Positions 1-14,276 of a stretch of 64,000 nucleotides of DNA are shown here, piece by piece. This stretch comes from Mytilus trossulus (taxonomy: Eukaryota): NCBI RefSeq assembly GCF_036588685.1, contig NC_086379.1, positions 68,138,001 through 68,202,000 on the forward strand, given 5' to 3'. The notes below the pieces were generated by a model, which did no database searches, had not been told where the DNA came from, and saw nothing but the letters and a program-made list of their open reading frames with translations. Made by a program: the position numbers and the translations under genes. The stretch's first letter is position 1; every line of letters starts with the position of its first letter.

Positions 1-139
1 CTTATTGAATTGGTTTCAGGACTATCTTCACGACAGAAAACAGAGAGCAGTAATGCATAACAGAAATTTGAAACAAACACGATAAACGATTATATAAAAT
101 TGAAACGTTTCATTTGTACTGCCCAATAACGCAATTGAG

Positions 140-433
140 ATGTTCCCATTCATTTATAACAATGATCTATGTAGCGCTAATATTATAAATGATCCTTCTT
201 GTCATTGTGGGTCAGATATTGAGGATGTCTACCATTACTTCTTTGTTTGTCCAAAATACACATCATGCAGAAAAACCTTATTCAATAATCTTAACTGGCT
301 ATCTGAAAGCATTGTTTTAGATACAAAACTATTAATTTGCGAACACATTGAACTTTCGAATGAACGAAATATTCAAATTTTCAAACATGTTCAAAATTTC
401 ATACAATGGTCAAACAGCTTTTTTAAGCCTTGA
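140..433 (+). mobile_element. 3' remnant of a non-LTR retrotransposon (LINE ORF2 C-terminus)
   Basis: ORF contains CHCGSDIEDVYHYFFVCPKY, the C-x-C...E...H...C motif typical of LINE ORF2 C-termini. No RT core in the window. Confidence 0.7.
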
Positions 434-1064
434 TAGTCTATGATAGAGCGTTACTGTTACTGGCACGGAACATCATGATCGTCATCATAAGTACACACGG
501 CATTGTCACATTATCATATGACTTTTCAAACTTTCCTTTTCTCTTTTTTACGAATGAAAGCTAGTATTATTCTATAAACTGTTTGCCTTATATGTATGTC
601 CATTATATCATACTAGTATAATTGTAATTTTATATTGTCCATGTTGTATGATTTACTTGTGTCTAATCCAATTTACTTTAATTCGGCAAATAAAATAATG
701 TTTCAACTAACTCAGTCTATACTTATACATAATCTACTACTCCCAGGTCTGTATCAATTGGATGTTTTTGCATTATTTAAGTAAAAACTATGTAATACAG
801 CTGTATGTATTATGCAATATAAAGACTTGCATACATTCACTAGCCAAAATATTCGTTGCACATTCAAATCACCTTTTGCGTATAGTTTTTCACCGCAATA
901 ACCTTGCATCAATGGTCTGTCATTTTAAAAGCATCACTTGGCATCTCTTCACAATTATTTTTTATTAAGAAATAAAATGATTATTAATTAAAGAATAAAA
1001 TAATAAGGGTAAGTACTAATAACTTATTGCAATACACCTTTCATACCTGCCTTATTTCTATTAG

Positions 1065-4000
1065 AAAACTCATAGAAATTTATGTACCAACTACAGGTTA
1101 TGTATTAGTTATGGGGACTGACAGGCTTTTTTTTTAAATTTTGTTTTTACTTTAGAAGCATTACTTCTTAATTCTCTATTTATTTTGCTTATTTAATTAT
1201 TGTTATCGTACTCCATTGTTTACAAAGTAAATTCACAAACCCAATATTTTCGATCCGCCCCCTTTAAAAAGCTGCACTGTCCAGTCCTTTTTTCTCTATT
1301 CTGTAATACCCCATATCCGACAGTTAGGTATTGACTATTGTTTATTCAAACAGGTTAAACAGATATGCATTACGTAACTTATATCCGTAACAATTGCCAA
1401 CCTCACCTGTGAACCCAGTAGGTGAGCCCATGGATGTACACAGATTCGGTGCATGTTACGCAATAGCGCGTATTGCCGATGTCTTACATATCACCACCCG
1501 GGGGCATGACACCTGTAGCTTTCAACTTCAAAGGTAAATCAAGCGTTGTAGAGAACGTGTGCCGATACCTGTAACTTCTGATCAATGTTGATGACTTTTA
1601 ATTTATTATGTCCAATTTCAGTGTACACACCTGCACACGTGAACAGGTAGTAAGGTACACACAGGAGGTACAAAATACCAATTTTTAATATTGAGATATA
1701 TTTGGCTGTACAATTATACACAAATATGACTAAACTATATAAAAAAAAATTATAAAGTGAACCAAAAAATATTTGCGAAGAAAAAAAAAAAATATTCAGC
1801 CTTTCTCTGCTTTTTATAAGCTCCCTGCATATAGGTATAGGTGGACTGGGCTCAGCTGTTGTTGGTTGTTTCAATGGAATATCAGGTACTGCATTTGGAG
1901 TTTTGGTTTCATGGTAGGACATCCCTCGAGATTCTTCTTAACTTCTGGGTCACGATCGTAACAAACATTTGTAAAGTGGGCGGAACAAAGTCTATGACTA
2001 GTGCTTGGTAGGAAGTCCTATCTCTTCCTGGGTTAGATGATGATCTACTCGGAAAACGAAAAAAAATAAATTAAAACTGTCTTATGCCTTCTGTTGCATC
2101 CACTGGCAGCACACAGAACCATTTTTAATCACTGTCATGCTTTTTTTAAAGATATTCGAAAATGAAATTGCGCTAATTATGCCTATACACCCGTCAGTCA
2201 AATATGATTGATGTAACCACTGACGTCACAGCCTCGTTCTGAGTGACTTCCGGGATTGAAATATGCATAATTAGTAGGTCGACAGATCGATACATTTAGA
2301 TTCATTATTTATCCATTTAAACGATATTTATATTGCTTTCGATGTTTTTTGGGGGGTAATTATGTATAAATAAATATTTATTTACCAAAAAAAAAATATA
2401 AAAAAATCATGTCACATCTCCTTTAAAGGGGCACTAGTATAAACTAAACCATTGACAGGACATGGTCTCAACAAGATGTAGCTTCGTTTCATGTGAATTT
2501 TAGCCAAGACGCCATCTAATTAACTATCGAGTTGACCTTATATGACCATATAAGCGATGTAAACATACACATAGATATAAATAGATTAAGCAACTCGTGG
2601 AATTGGAGTTTTATAGGTCTGTTAAATTTTGTATTGTAGATTAAAAAAATGTTTGTCTTCGTTTTGATCTTTATAAGAATGATTTTGTGTGGATCGAATC
2701 AGTTATTCAAATTATTTACCTAGTTTCACTTTCAACGTTGACATTCTTTTCCTTTAAATACCTATACACGGACAATACATGCGTAATTCTATCTCTTTCT
2801 ACGATGTTAAATTGAAGTTCACATGAATATGGATTTGAAAGTGAATAATTCAGTATCAATGTTTATTAGCTTAATTTGAAAAAATTGAACCAGTTAAGCT
2901 GATAAAAGTTAATTATTATACCCCGGCTACTGCTTTAAAAAAGGGGGGGTATACTGTTTTACCTCTGTCTGTCTGTCAGTCAGTCCGTCCGTCCCATGAA
3001 TATTTTTCGTCGCATTTTTCTCAGGAACTGCAATACAAGGATTTCTGAAATTTGGTTTCAGGGTTTATCCAAGTCAGCTATACCGTGTGATGCGTTTTCA
3101 GATTGATCACTTGACAACTTCCTGTTTACCGAACACTTGTATGATTTTACACATGATAGCCAAGTTGAAAATTTTCGTCACATTTTTCTCAGGAACTACA
3201 ATACAAGCATTTCTGAAATTTGGTTTCATGATTTATATAAGTCAGCTATACCGTGTGATGCGTTTTCAAATTCATCACTGGACAACTTTCTGTTTACCGA
3301 ACACTTGCATATTTTTACACTATTAATATTATCCACTTGTGGCGGGGGTATCATCAGTGAGCAGTGTATAAAAATGCAGTTTTTGTCTTATATCTCTGAA
3401 ACTAAAGCATTAAGAGTAAATTTTTCAAACAGGTAAAATTTTTCATTAGGTTAAGCTCTATCTGTCCTGAAATTTTTAGATGAATCAAACAACACGTTGT
3501 TAGGTTTTTTAAATTGGTAATTTTTAGGGAATTTTGCAGTTTTAAGTTATCATCTTGAAAATTATTATAGATAGAGATAAACTGTACACAGCAATAATGT
3601 TCAGCAAAGTCAGATCTACAAATAAGCCAACATGACCAAAATAGTCAATTGACACCATAAGGAGTTATTATCCTTTATAGTATATTTTTAACAATTTTTT
3701 GTAATCTTATAAAAATCTTCTACACTGAAACTAATGAGACTAATTCAACTTAACTTGGTCACAATCATAATTACAGTATCTATTTCAAAAAATGTGTCTG
3801 ATGTCCCCACCTGCCAACCGACATGGCTGACATGGCTAAAAGTAAGCACATATGGGGTAAAAATGCAGTTTTTGGCTTATATCTCTAAAACTAAAGCATT
3901 TAGTGCAAATTTGACAATTGTCCTGAAATTTTAAGATGAATCAGACAAGCCGTTGTTGGGTTGCTGCCCCTGAATTATTAATTTTAAGGAAATTTTGCAG

Positions 4001-7000
4001 TTTTTTGTTATTATCTTGAATGTTATTATAGATAGAGATACACTGTAAACAGCAATGATGTTCAGCAAATAAGTTTACATGACCAAAATGATCGTAAATT
4101 TTTAGTTATCTTTTACAAAAGTCTTCCCAAACTGAGACAAATTCAACCAAAATTGGCTACAATCAGCATTAGAGTATATAGTTTATAGAATGTGTCCATT
4201 GACCCTGCTTGTCAACCAACATGGCAGACATGGCTAAAAATAGAACAAAGGGGGGAAATGCAGTTTTTGAAACTATAGCTAAAGTAAAACGGTTGCATTA
4301 TTTCATACATCAATTGTAAATAAAAATATGAGGTGAGCAACACAGGCTCCTTGGAGCCTCTAGTTTCTTACTTTTTGACGAAAACAAAATACATATTGTA
4401 AGTCTATATTTAAAACTTGTTACAAACCATAGCTAATTCACTCTATACATTACAATACTAGATCTAAAACAGCTATAATTTTACCCTTTCCGAATTGACA
4501 TTGTCCCCTTAACTTTTTCAGAGTGAAAATTATATACATTTGTATGTATATTTAATAACTTTTTAATGTTTTAAAGTGTAAAGCATTTTGCAGCACTTCA
4601 GGCATTATCATGTACATTAAAATGACAATCAGAAGGAACCTCTTTGTATTTCATAAATTACAAAGAGCCTTTGCATCACATTGTCTACACAACCTTAAAT
4701 ATCCACAGGTACTTTAGAATCTTAGAGGTAAATAAAAATAGTTTTGGTCTTTGTACTCATTGAATGTAAGGTAACAGCTTTCTTTATTTGAAGACTTAAT
4801 TTATCAAGAAAGACCTTTTAAAGGCCAAAACAACATATGAGCATTTAAATTTACTATGGTTATTCTTTGTAAGTGTAAATGTTACACATATTATTATATT
4901 TCATTACAAGTTTGTTTTTTCAGGCCCAAACCTCCAGATAAATGGGTCGAGCGTACCGGGATTATTAATGAAACAGGTATGTGTTATAAGTTGAATATTG
5001 ACACCTTAGGATATATCCAACAATTTACTTAAGCTCTCTGGTTTACAAAATGTAAAATGTCATCCTTTTTAAAAAGCAAGTCCAAAATGTGTTGATTTTG
5101 ACCCTATAAAAAGTGAAAACAACAGTTTTTAAATTGGATGTATCTGACTCCCTTTTCTGTATTTACCTCCATCAGGAACGCTCAAAGCAGAATATTTGAA
5201 AGTCTAGGATATACTCTTATTTATACCTAATAATTTGTTTTACCTAGCAGTTAATGAGCGTAGGAATGTCCTTTACCATCCAGCGGTCATTTTTGGCTAA
5301 CATAAGCATCAATTTGGTTAACATTTTATCTTGCTTCGTAGATGTCCTTATTGTGGTTCATCAGAGGTCTCAAATAATAAATGGATTCTCTTATCTTCAT
5401 AAAAATATTGTACATTTTATCATTGTGCACCTAATGCCGTTAACATCATTTAGCAAGATTTTTTACTGTTAATTCATCATGAAAATATCCTCCATTTAGA
5501 CCCTCCTCAATAGGCCTAATTTTTCAAAGATCCAAATTGTGGCAAATTCGATATTTTATGATAAAGTTGAAATTCAAGGCCTAATTAATTTTACAAAAAG
5601 TTAACCTTGTCCTTTGCTGTTGTGTAAAATTCATTGAACAAGCATAAAGTTTTGAGGCATAAAATACTTTATTTACTTGTCAAAACAACTAGTTCAATTA
5701 CTATAGATCTCTTTTTATTTGAACTTATAAGGCAAATATGTTTACATAGAAAACCAATTTATTCAATAAAACCAAAGAATGTCTTGGAGAAAATAAAGAT
5801 CTTGAAAAAGTTTCTGTATCAGGGATAAACATTGGAATAACTATAATTGGTATGCATTTTGCAGTTGATGATGGCACACTAAAATCAAGAAAGGAAATAT
5901 TAGTTTTGACTGCACTTAATGGGAGGTTGCAGCACTCAAGGGTTTTCAGTACAGTCAGGGGACAATTGTAAACAAAAATCTATATGTTAAATGTCGTGTT
6001 GTTTTCATATTTTTATGCCCCTACCCTAGCATAATGTTTTACCTTTGTCCATCTGTACATGCATTTGTTGGTCCAAAATCAGTTTTTGTTCTCTTACTTA
6101 AGTTTGCCTCAACTAAATGTTATGAAACTTAAACACAATGCTAATAACATCAAAACACAGATAAAGTTTGAGTTTTGATGGAGTCACGTTTGCCATTCTT
6201 GAGTTATGACCCTTTATAAATATAAAAAATGCTGAATCTTTTATCTCCATTCACTTACTTTAGTTTGCCTCAACTAAATATCATAAAACTTATATACTAC
6301 ATATGTATGCTTATTACCACAAAACACAGACCTAGTTCACATATTGGTGGTGTCACTTTTGCTGTTCTAAAGTTATGCCACTTTACAACTGATAAAAAGG
6401 CAGGATTTTTTATTTTTTTTGTTTCTGTTCTCCAATTTTAGTTTGCCTCAACCAAATGTTATGAAACTTATACACAATGCTTATTCCTTCAAAACATAGA
6501 TTAAATTTGAACTTTGATGGTGTCGCTTTTACTGTTCTAGAAAAATGGACAATTTTTTTTATTTTTGTTTCCGTTCTCAATCTTAAGTTTGCCTCAACTA
6601 AATGTTATGAAAAATATACATAACGTAAAGTACCACAAAACTCAATTCAAGTACAAATTTGGGTAGCGTCACATTTACAGTTCTTGAGTTATGTCCCTTC
6701 ATAACATTGTATGCAAGCAGTGGCATGTGTCCCATGGGCATTCCGTATTTACTTTATAATGATGTGGTATTAATCAGGATCATGGAAGCTTATCACAGGT
6801 ATAAACAATTCAAAATAAGAATACATTTGTTTTTAAAAAGTATCCTTCTCATAGATAAGAAAGGAATGTTTTAGCCATTTTCTCATAAAAACTAAGAACA
6901 ATATTTGTATTTTGTCTTAGTTATTGTCTGTATTTACACTCTGTGTGGACTTAATTAAATTTTACAAGTGTTGGAAATTCAACTTGTCTGCACTTTTTGT

Positions 7001-9616
7001 GTAATGCATATCAGATTTCAGATGAACGTCACAGGTATATTCAGAAAAGCACTTCAATTCCACAAAATTAATTTTCAATATATAATGTATAAAAATATAA
7101 GAATAATGTGTCCAGGAAGTGTGATATGGCTGTCAGCAGACCGTTACCTTATCAAATTATGACACAGCATATATACTAAAAATTTGAAGTCCTTTTAGTA
7201 AAGTTCTGACCTTGACACCATTTTCATGGTTCATTGGTCAATGTTAAGTCAGCTAGGTTCCTTTCTGACCTTCACCTCATTTGCATGTATCTTTTACAAT
7301 AAAAATGATTGTGATAAATCCTTTTAACTTTAATACTTTCAACATAATTACATCATAATCAGTAAAGCTGGCCTGACATTTCAGTGCTCTTAGTTTTACT
7401 GTACAATTTTTTTATTTTCCTCAGGTTCACATTGCTAAATAAGGTAACTTCTGCTTATGTGAGGTACATTTATAATTTATTTAAATTCTATTTAGATGAT
7501 GTTAGAGAAGAATTTATGAAGAAAACCTCTGTTGAAGATGATTTGGATTTTTATAATGATGGACAGGTAATGTACATGATACAAACATTTCTGTATTGTC
7601 ATTCCAGAATTACGGGACTTTTAACAGTCATATTTGTCTTACAGAGGCGCCCCCCCCCCCCCCCTTTTTGGGAAAAAAATTTGTTTGCTTATATATGGAA
7701 TCACTGAAGCGTGATTGGAGCGGGTCCCCTCTTAGTTAAGTCAGTGGGTCCCCACTTATAAAAGTTTCTGGATTCGCCACTGTCTTAATACTTATATTCT
7801 AAAAGGATATCCTCATGAATGTTTTTATACATTTTGATTTTCTTCTAATTAAAGAGAGGTGAATGATACCAAAGTTAAAAACAAACTGAATACAGCTGCA
7901 CCATGGCAAAACAAAAATCAACTAAAATACAAACGTTGACAATAGACAAAACACAATAACGAAAATCTGAGTTACAAAAACCCCACCAAAAACTGGAAGT
8001 TATCTAAGGTTCTCCGGAAGTGTAAGCTGATCCTGCTCCACAAGTAATACCCATCATATCTCTCATGCAAGTACAAACCTGTGACAAGTCCAACTCAGCA
8101 GTTCACCTTCCATGAAAAGAGGACAGGATAATGGTTACAACAACTGCCTTCTATATATTCCTTTACATTTTTACTGTTATTTCAATTTGCTCAATAAGGA
8201 TATATCATGTGTTCTTGACTCAGCTGCTTATTAGGTATTACAGTTAGCCAATGAGATATTTACCATGTCCACTCTTGTTATAAACAGGTGCACTTAAAAC
8301 TGTAATTATGAGATTGAGTGCTTATGAAATAAGACAAACACTAAATAATAATTTTACTATACAATCAAATGAAAACTTTATATTTTACCTCATAGGTACC
8401 AGTTGAACAGAATCCACCTGCAAACTTCCATAATATTCTCACCAACAAACAAAGGTCATATCATAGTGGTCCATCAAACAGTAGAAGGGATATCTGTCAT
8501 GAACATGAGGATGATGAGGAAGAGGGTGGATTTCAACATCCTCAACCTAGTGGTGTTGTCAAAATACTACTTGCATCTGATAGGGAAAAGTTACTCCAGA
8601 AGCATGGTGTGCCTCATGTGGAAACTACAGGAAACGGGGACCATCCAGCCCCTGGATCACATCAAATGATGTCCTTTACAAATGAAGCAATGGAATTAGA
8701 TCAGCTGTCCTTCCACCCAACTCGAGGATTTCTCCGTCAAAGCTCCATTAATAATCCAAGTTGGTTATCTTTTCCAGTCAAGAAAGATACCACTTCCAAA
8801 CCCAGGTTAGAAATGAAACCCTATGATGGTACATTTGATGATAGTTTGTCTGATCTAGCTAGGACTTCATTGAAAGATTTTAAGTGTACAACAGATAAAC
8901 AGGATGTAACATGTTGGTCAAGGGAATCATCAACTTTGTCACTACATGATACAGCAAAGGAAGATCTAAATGAACCCAAGAAAATGAAAAAGAAGAAAAG
9001 GAGGCATTCTAAAAAGATTAAAAAGTCACCTTTCAACAGTTCTGGTAATAGTGATGGTAATGGTAAATTGGTTAGAATGACAGAATTTGGTTGTAAAGAC
9101 AAAGATGTGATGAATTTGCATAGCCAACCAGTAGGTGATCTCCTACCTGTATTAAAACCTATCCCACAAATAACAGCTGGATCTTCTATGGCAAATCAAC
9201 ATGATAACTGGGGCTTTGAACCTGAACCAAATGACCAGGACAAAGTCAGGAAGCAATGGGAAGGAGAGTCCATGGGAAAGTCTTTTTCAGGTTTTAAGTC
9301 TATGCCAAACAGAATGAAACAAACTAGCAGTACAGAAGAGAATGTTGAATGTGAACTGATGGACCTGCCACAGACTAGCTATAATGAAGACTATGGAAAG
9401 GAACATGTGATGATCATGTCTAGAGAGTCGACCTTGGATCAGGGTATACCACCACCAGGCTGGGCTGAGTCTGATATAGAGGCCATAGACATAGATCAGA
9501 CAGAGCTATTTAGTCGCACAAGACTAAAGTCTGCAATGAGACGAAACAAAAACACAGGCAACCAATCTATAGCCCTGGATGATGTCAGTGATGAAGAGAA
9601 ATATACTGATAACTGA
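1065..9616 (+). CDS. Uncharacterised low-complexity/disordered protein, 5'-partial. Exons 1065-1096 (tentative), 4924-4976, 7496-7566, 8396-9616
   Basis: Phase-compatible AG/GT exons translate continuously: KTHRNLCTNYR|PKPPDKWVERTGIINET|DDVREEF...NDGQ|VPVEQNPP...EEKYTDN*. The last exon is 1221 nt open and in frame with the 8609 ORF. A basic KKMKKKKRRHSKKIKK stretch is a possible NLS. No start codon located. Confidence 0.7.
1860..2422 (-). mobile_element. Degenerate THAP-domain-encoding DNA transposon end (Kolobok-like)
   Basis: Minus strand reads MVLCAASGCNR from ATG 2122, then FLPSTSHRLCSAHF...KPKL and, after a frameshift, PNAVPDIP. This is the THAP C2CH zinc finger with its AVP box. The terminus AGGAGATGTGAC abuts TTAA at 2423-2426. 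Confidence 0.65.
2427..2900 (+). mobile_element. TTAA-flanked non-autonomous DNA transposon fragment (starts AGGGGCACTAG)
   Basis: TTAA|AGGGGCACTAG terminus. The matching right end was not found, so the end coordinate is approximate. Confidence 0.35.
2916..3364 (+). mobile_element. Helentron-associated (HINE/pearl-like) element, 3' hairpin truncated
   Basis: Subterminal inverted repeat TATACCCC...GGGGTAT, (GTCY)n microsatellite at 2967-2994, and two ~173-bp core repeats. Near-identical to the complete copy at 35594-36071. Confidence 0.8.
3365..4365 (+). mobile_element. HINE-like element of a second family, 5'-truncated, with ~490-bp internal tandem repeats
   Basis: AAAATGCAGTTTT blocks at ~3371, ~3861 and ~4256. 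The 3' end has AGGTGAGC, the hairpin AGGCTCCTTGGAGCCT, then CTAGTT. Confidence 0.7.
6011..6750 (+). mobile_element. HINE-like element with about four ~150-175-bp tandem core repeats
   Basis: AGTTTGCCTCAACTAAATGTTATGAAACTT-type block repeated at ~6101, 6262, 6440 and 6586. TTTTATGCCCC 5' end. Confidence 0.6.
7642..7782. mobile_element. Short GC-rich MITE (CAGTGGCGGATCCAG-type termini)
   Basis: Termini CAGAGGCG...CGCCACTG flanked by a TCTTA duplication. Related termini at 52351-52499 and 54595-54731. Confidence 0.6.
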
Positions 9617-11933
9617 ATGGCAATTTGAACTTTTGATAGAACTTATTTTTTGACTTTTTTATACTTTATACTTTATACTTTTTTATCAATTAACTTAGCT
9701 AATATTTATTTATGTATACTTTCCGTCTGTTACTTTTTTTATATATTCTGCCTTACTTCTTATTGCCATCACAATTATATTGAATTTATGTCTGATTGTA
9801 AAATGTAAAAACTTGTCTTGTTTAGTGGTCAACACTGATAGAAGATCAGTAAAAATTAGTTTGTTGACCAACTTTCACTTTACTTATCTTTATGAAATTT
9901 CTCTAAGGAATTATAAGTATTAGACAGGCCATTAGAGCATATGTTTGATCCCTGAAATTGTCAAAAATGTAAATTCATTCAAACCTTTTAAATTTATGGT
10001 AATTTTATAAATTTATGAACAGGTCAATATAATCTAGACTCTTTAATAAAGAAAGGTCTCTTGTGATGACACATCTTGATCCAATGATGTGTATAGTTCT
10101 GTATAGACCATACGGTGACCTATAGTTGTTAATGTTTGTGTCATTTTGGTCTTTTGTGGATAGTCATTGGCAATCATTCCACATCTTCTTTTTTATATAT
10201 GGCTATTGGACCGAATTTTGTAAATTGCAACTTGTAGCAAAGGTTTTGGGTATTTATTTTTTTTAAACGCACTGGAATCTTTGTTTATATTGATCAATCA
10301 AAATCTGATTTCTTTATATTGTAACAAAGCTAGTTTTCCAGAATGATACATTTTATTTTAAGAATTCATCATTTCCCATACTCTTTAAACCTTTAAGTGG
10401 AAAATCTTTTAAAAAAAATGAAACTGTGTAGGAATTAAATCATCAATTTTTATTCAAAATGGTGTAGCTTTGAAACAACCATAAAATCAGTTTATATATA
10501 ATTTTCAGTTCTGTTAGCTCTAAATTCTAAATAGTTAAGGTCTGGTCTGAATAGATAGGAAAAGAAAAACCTACGGATGAATCTCTTTATTTTTTCACTG
10601 AAAAGTATAGGTATTTAAAAATGAAAGATTGCTTTTTGTACAATTTACATACATTGTCAGAAAGACCAATGCTTTTATACTGGGAAGACAATTATTGAAT
10701 GTGGTCCTTCAATTGTTTCTTATTCTTATATAATGCTACATTAAATTAAACTTGATCGCTGTGCTTATTATTTTTTCATCAAAAATGACACAGAACACAT
10801 GCACAGAACAAAATTACTAATTTATGAATTTTTAGTATATTAATGGGGAGGATTCGAAGAGAAATTTTCAAACCTTTGTATATCATATCTTAACACACTT
10901 TCATGTAATCTTACTCATGAATAAAATTTTCTGTTTTCAAAATGTGTAATTTCTTTGACCTGATTATGTATATTTAATAGTAAGTATGTTGTCTGTCGAT
11001 ATATATCACCTCTGTATAAAAATAAGAAGATGTGGTATGAATGCCAATGTGAACTATCCACAGTAGTTAAAATAAGGTGGTTGTAAGCAATTAAAGGCAA
11101 TCAGAAAACCCATACAGTAAAGTCTGGAGTGAAAGCCCTTAGCATGACAAATATGAAACAATTCAAACAAGATAACTACGGCTTACAGTTATTTACAACA
11201 AAACAAAATATGAAACACCGATATGACAGACATGAACAAACAACAACCAATGTAGACAGTCACATAAAGAATAATGCAGAGGTAAACATGTTTGTGAGCA
11301 CTCAACCCTCTCCTTATCTATGACAGTGATGTAACAACAGCACAACATATATGAACAAACTGTAAAATTCAAATGCCATTGGTTAAATTGAGAAGATTAT
11401 TTCAAATAACAAAAATAACTTGTTGAAAAACAATAAACACAAAGTAAAGAAATAATGTTTGAAGTTAATACTGAAAGATAATTCAAAGCCAATTTCAAAT
11501 TATATGGATGCCAGGAATTTAGGCTACTTCATTTCATTATTTTTTTTAAAATAACTTTGTATCATCAAACAAAACTTTTAATAATAATAAATATATTTGT
11601 AAAATAGTGTATCCTAGTGATGATTGTGCAAGAAAACAAATTCATGTCAAAATCCTATCCTAGACTTTCGTGTATTCTGCACCAGAGGCTTCAAATTTTG
11701 CCACAGTTGTCAACACTGGAAATCTAAAAGACTCAGTACACCTCCAAATATGTCAGTACATCCACTATAGCACAATATTGTAAATATATATTCTAAGAAT
11801 TTCTGAAAACACAGACAGATACTATGTTTTCTTAACACACTTATATTTAATTGTACTTACTGTGTAAATCAACTACAACACTGTGTTGCAGCTTCATTCC
11901 TCAATGGTGACAAAGAGTGCTTTTGAAAGGTAC

Positions 11934-12826
11934 AACAAGAGGCTTTCAAGAGCCAGAGTCGCGTACCTGTTCTACTTTGATATCATGTAAAAATGAATTA
12001 AAATCATAACAGATAAACAAAATAATGATTGAGGCCAACTTATCCATATTTGATTTCATTCTATTCTGTGGTTCGTATAAGAAAACATTTGTTTGTAATT
12101 CCTATAACTAGGTCTCCCGTTGGTGGCCATTTTTTTATGACAATTCAGTAACAAAGTTACAAAACTTGGAAGGCACCTCTTAAGGAACATAATAACATGT
12201 TTGCTTAAAGTTTGAATCCATTCGCAGGTTTCTTAGAAGAAGACATTGGTCACATATTTCCCCACAGTGTTCTATGTCAATCTAAGGTCCTCCTGGTGGC
12301 CATCTTGAACAGTAAATCGGCAATAAAGTAGCAACCTATCATCAGCATCTAATTAGGAACATTTATGCCATGTTTGGTTTCATTGCATTCATTGCTCCTC
12401 TAGAAGAAACATTTGTATGTTTTCCCCTTAGGGTCTTATGTTGAACTAAGTCCCCTGCTTATGCAGCCATCTTTGATAATGGTTCAGCTACAAATTAATA
12501 GCACTTGGTCAGTACCTCATAAGGAAAATCCATGCAATGTTCGGTTTTATTCCATTCAATGATTTTCTGAAAGAAAACCTGTGTATGTGGTGTCCATAGG
12601 GTTTATTTTAAGCGAAGTCCCTCGCTGGAATCCATCTTGAATGATGGATCAGCTACAAAGTAAAAACACTTGGTAGACACCTCATAAGGAATATTCATGC
12701 AATGTTTGGTTTCATTCCATTCAGTGGTTCTCTAGAAGAAGTTCAAAATGTAAAAAGTTAACAATGATGAAGGACGCCAAGTGATGAGAAAAGCTCACTT
12801 GGCCTTACAGGCCAGGCGAGCTAAAA
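11934..12826 (-). mobile_element. HINE-like element with ~165-bp tandem core repeats
   Basis: Minus-strand 5' end TTTTAGCTCGCCTGGCC...GGCCAAGTGAGC. 3' hairpin GGCTCTTGAAAGCC then TCTTGTT. Four GCCATCTT...AAGGAACAT-type units. Confidence 0.7.
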
Positions 12827-14276
12827 AGGACTGCTTGCATTACATTTAAATGTGTGAAACAATGTTATATTAAAATCCTTCATTTGTTCAAATCATAGTC
12901 TTCAAAAAAAATTTACAATATATAAGATACTATTTATCAAAGGTACCAGGCTTATAAATTATATAATTAATATGCCAGACTTTGACAGCAAAAGAAACTG
13001 TCTGCTGCTATATAAGTCTAAATATACAGAAGGGACAAAGTTTTCTCGATTGAGATTTATTTTTCATTGCAACTCTTTTTCAAAGGTTTGACCAATTGTG
13101 GGATGTTACAAGTAAAACATGAATTCATATTCATTCATCCTTCACACTTACATTTTAAAACATTATCAAAACTGGGATCAATTTTATGTGCAGTAAACTC
13201 TGATGAAGGTTCTTGTAACTGCTGTTTTGGTATCTGTTAGTTTTATGCAATTGCCTAATGACGATGAATTTATATTTTTATTCACAGATGAAAATATGTA
13301 CTTTTATCCTGCCAAAATCTGCAATGACATTGTAATGAAAAGAAAATGTATTTTATATAGCTAATTTTAGTGTAAATGCTGTAAATACATTTTAGATAGT
13401 CTCTCATAACTCTTTTTAGAGTGACTCTTGTATGTTTTATGATGTTGTTTTGTCAACTGTTTGTATGTTTTATATAATGAAGAGGTGAGACTTAAATAAA
13501 ATATTGTCCTGTCTTCGTATAACCAATATCTATGAGTGTATCAGTTTATTGTACAGTCACATATCTGTTGGAAAAGTAATGGTAATGAATATAAATTCGT
13601 GAAACGAAATCTGTACAACATAATTACATTACAGAACAAAACCATAAGAGAAGTATAGTATGGTAATCATACAAATTGAGACAGGATAATTTTACTTTTT
13701 GAAAGAAAAAAAAAATCTAATGATAAATAAGGAATAATAAAAATGAACCCACTTATTTTATTTACTAATCAATTGTATAATTACTGGGTCACCTCACAGC
13801 ATCCAGTTGTTGCTATAGATACAAAGGGATCATAAAAGTCTGCCTTGCTTCCACATTCTCCCCTTTCCAGGATTCAAGCAAAGGTGCACAATTTATTTTA
13901 CAGTGTGTTAAGTTGTGAATCTTATTTTTAAATTTGTAATTTGCAAAACATGAACAGTTATTTCTGCTTAAGAGTTTGTTAGTCTGCACCTTATGGAAAA
14001 TGGTTCAACAGAATTCATAGAGAACAGATTCTTCTACGAGTCATGAAGTTATGCATGGCTATTATGATTTTTGATCTGTGAGATTGTGTTATGTGGTTAG
14101 GCTCGGCGTTTTGCATTTGCGTCGATTTGCATTTCATTTGACCCGACTTTTTCTTTCATTTGCGCCGATTTTTTTACAGATGAAACGATATAAGAAGATG
14201 TGGTATGAGTGCCAATGAGACAACTCTTCATTCCAGTAATGTTATTTCATTGATCATTGAAGACCTCTTCCGTTAG

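Noticed and set aside
8821-9102. Antisense ORFs (also 17117-17344, 20185-20451, 40442-40630, 42699-42902, 50560-50793, 51307-51552)
   Set aside because: Shadows of real or decayed coding sequence on the opposite strand.
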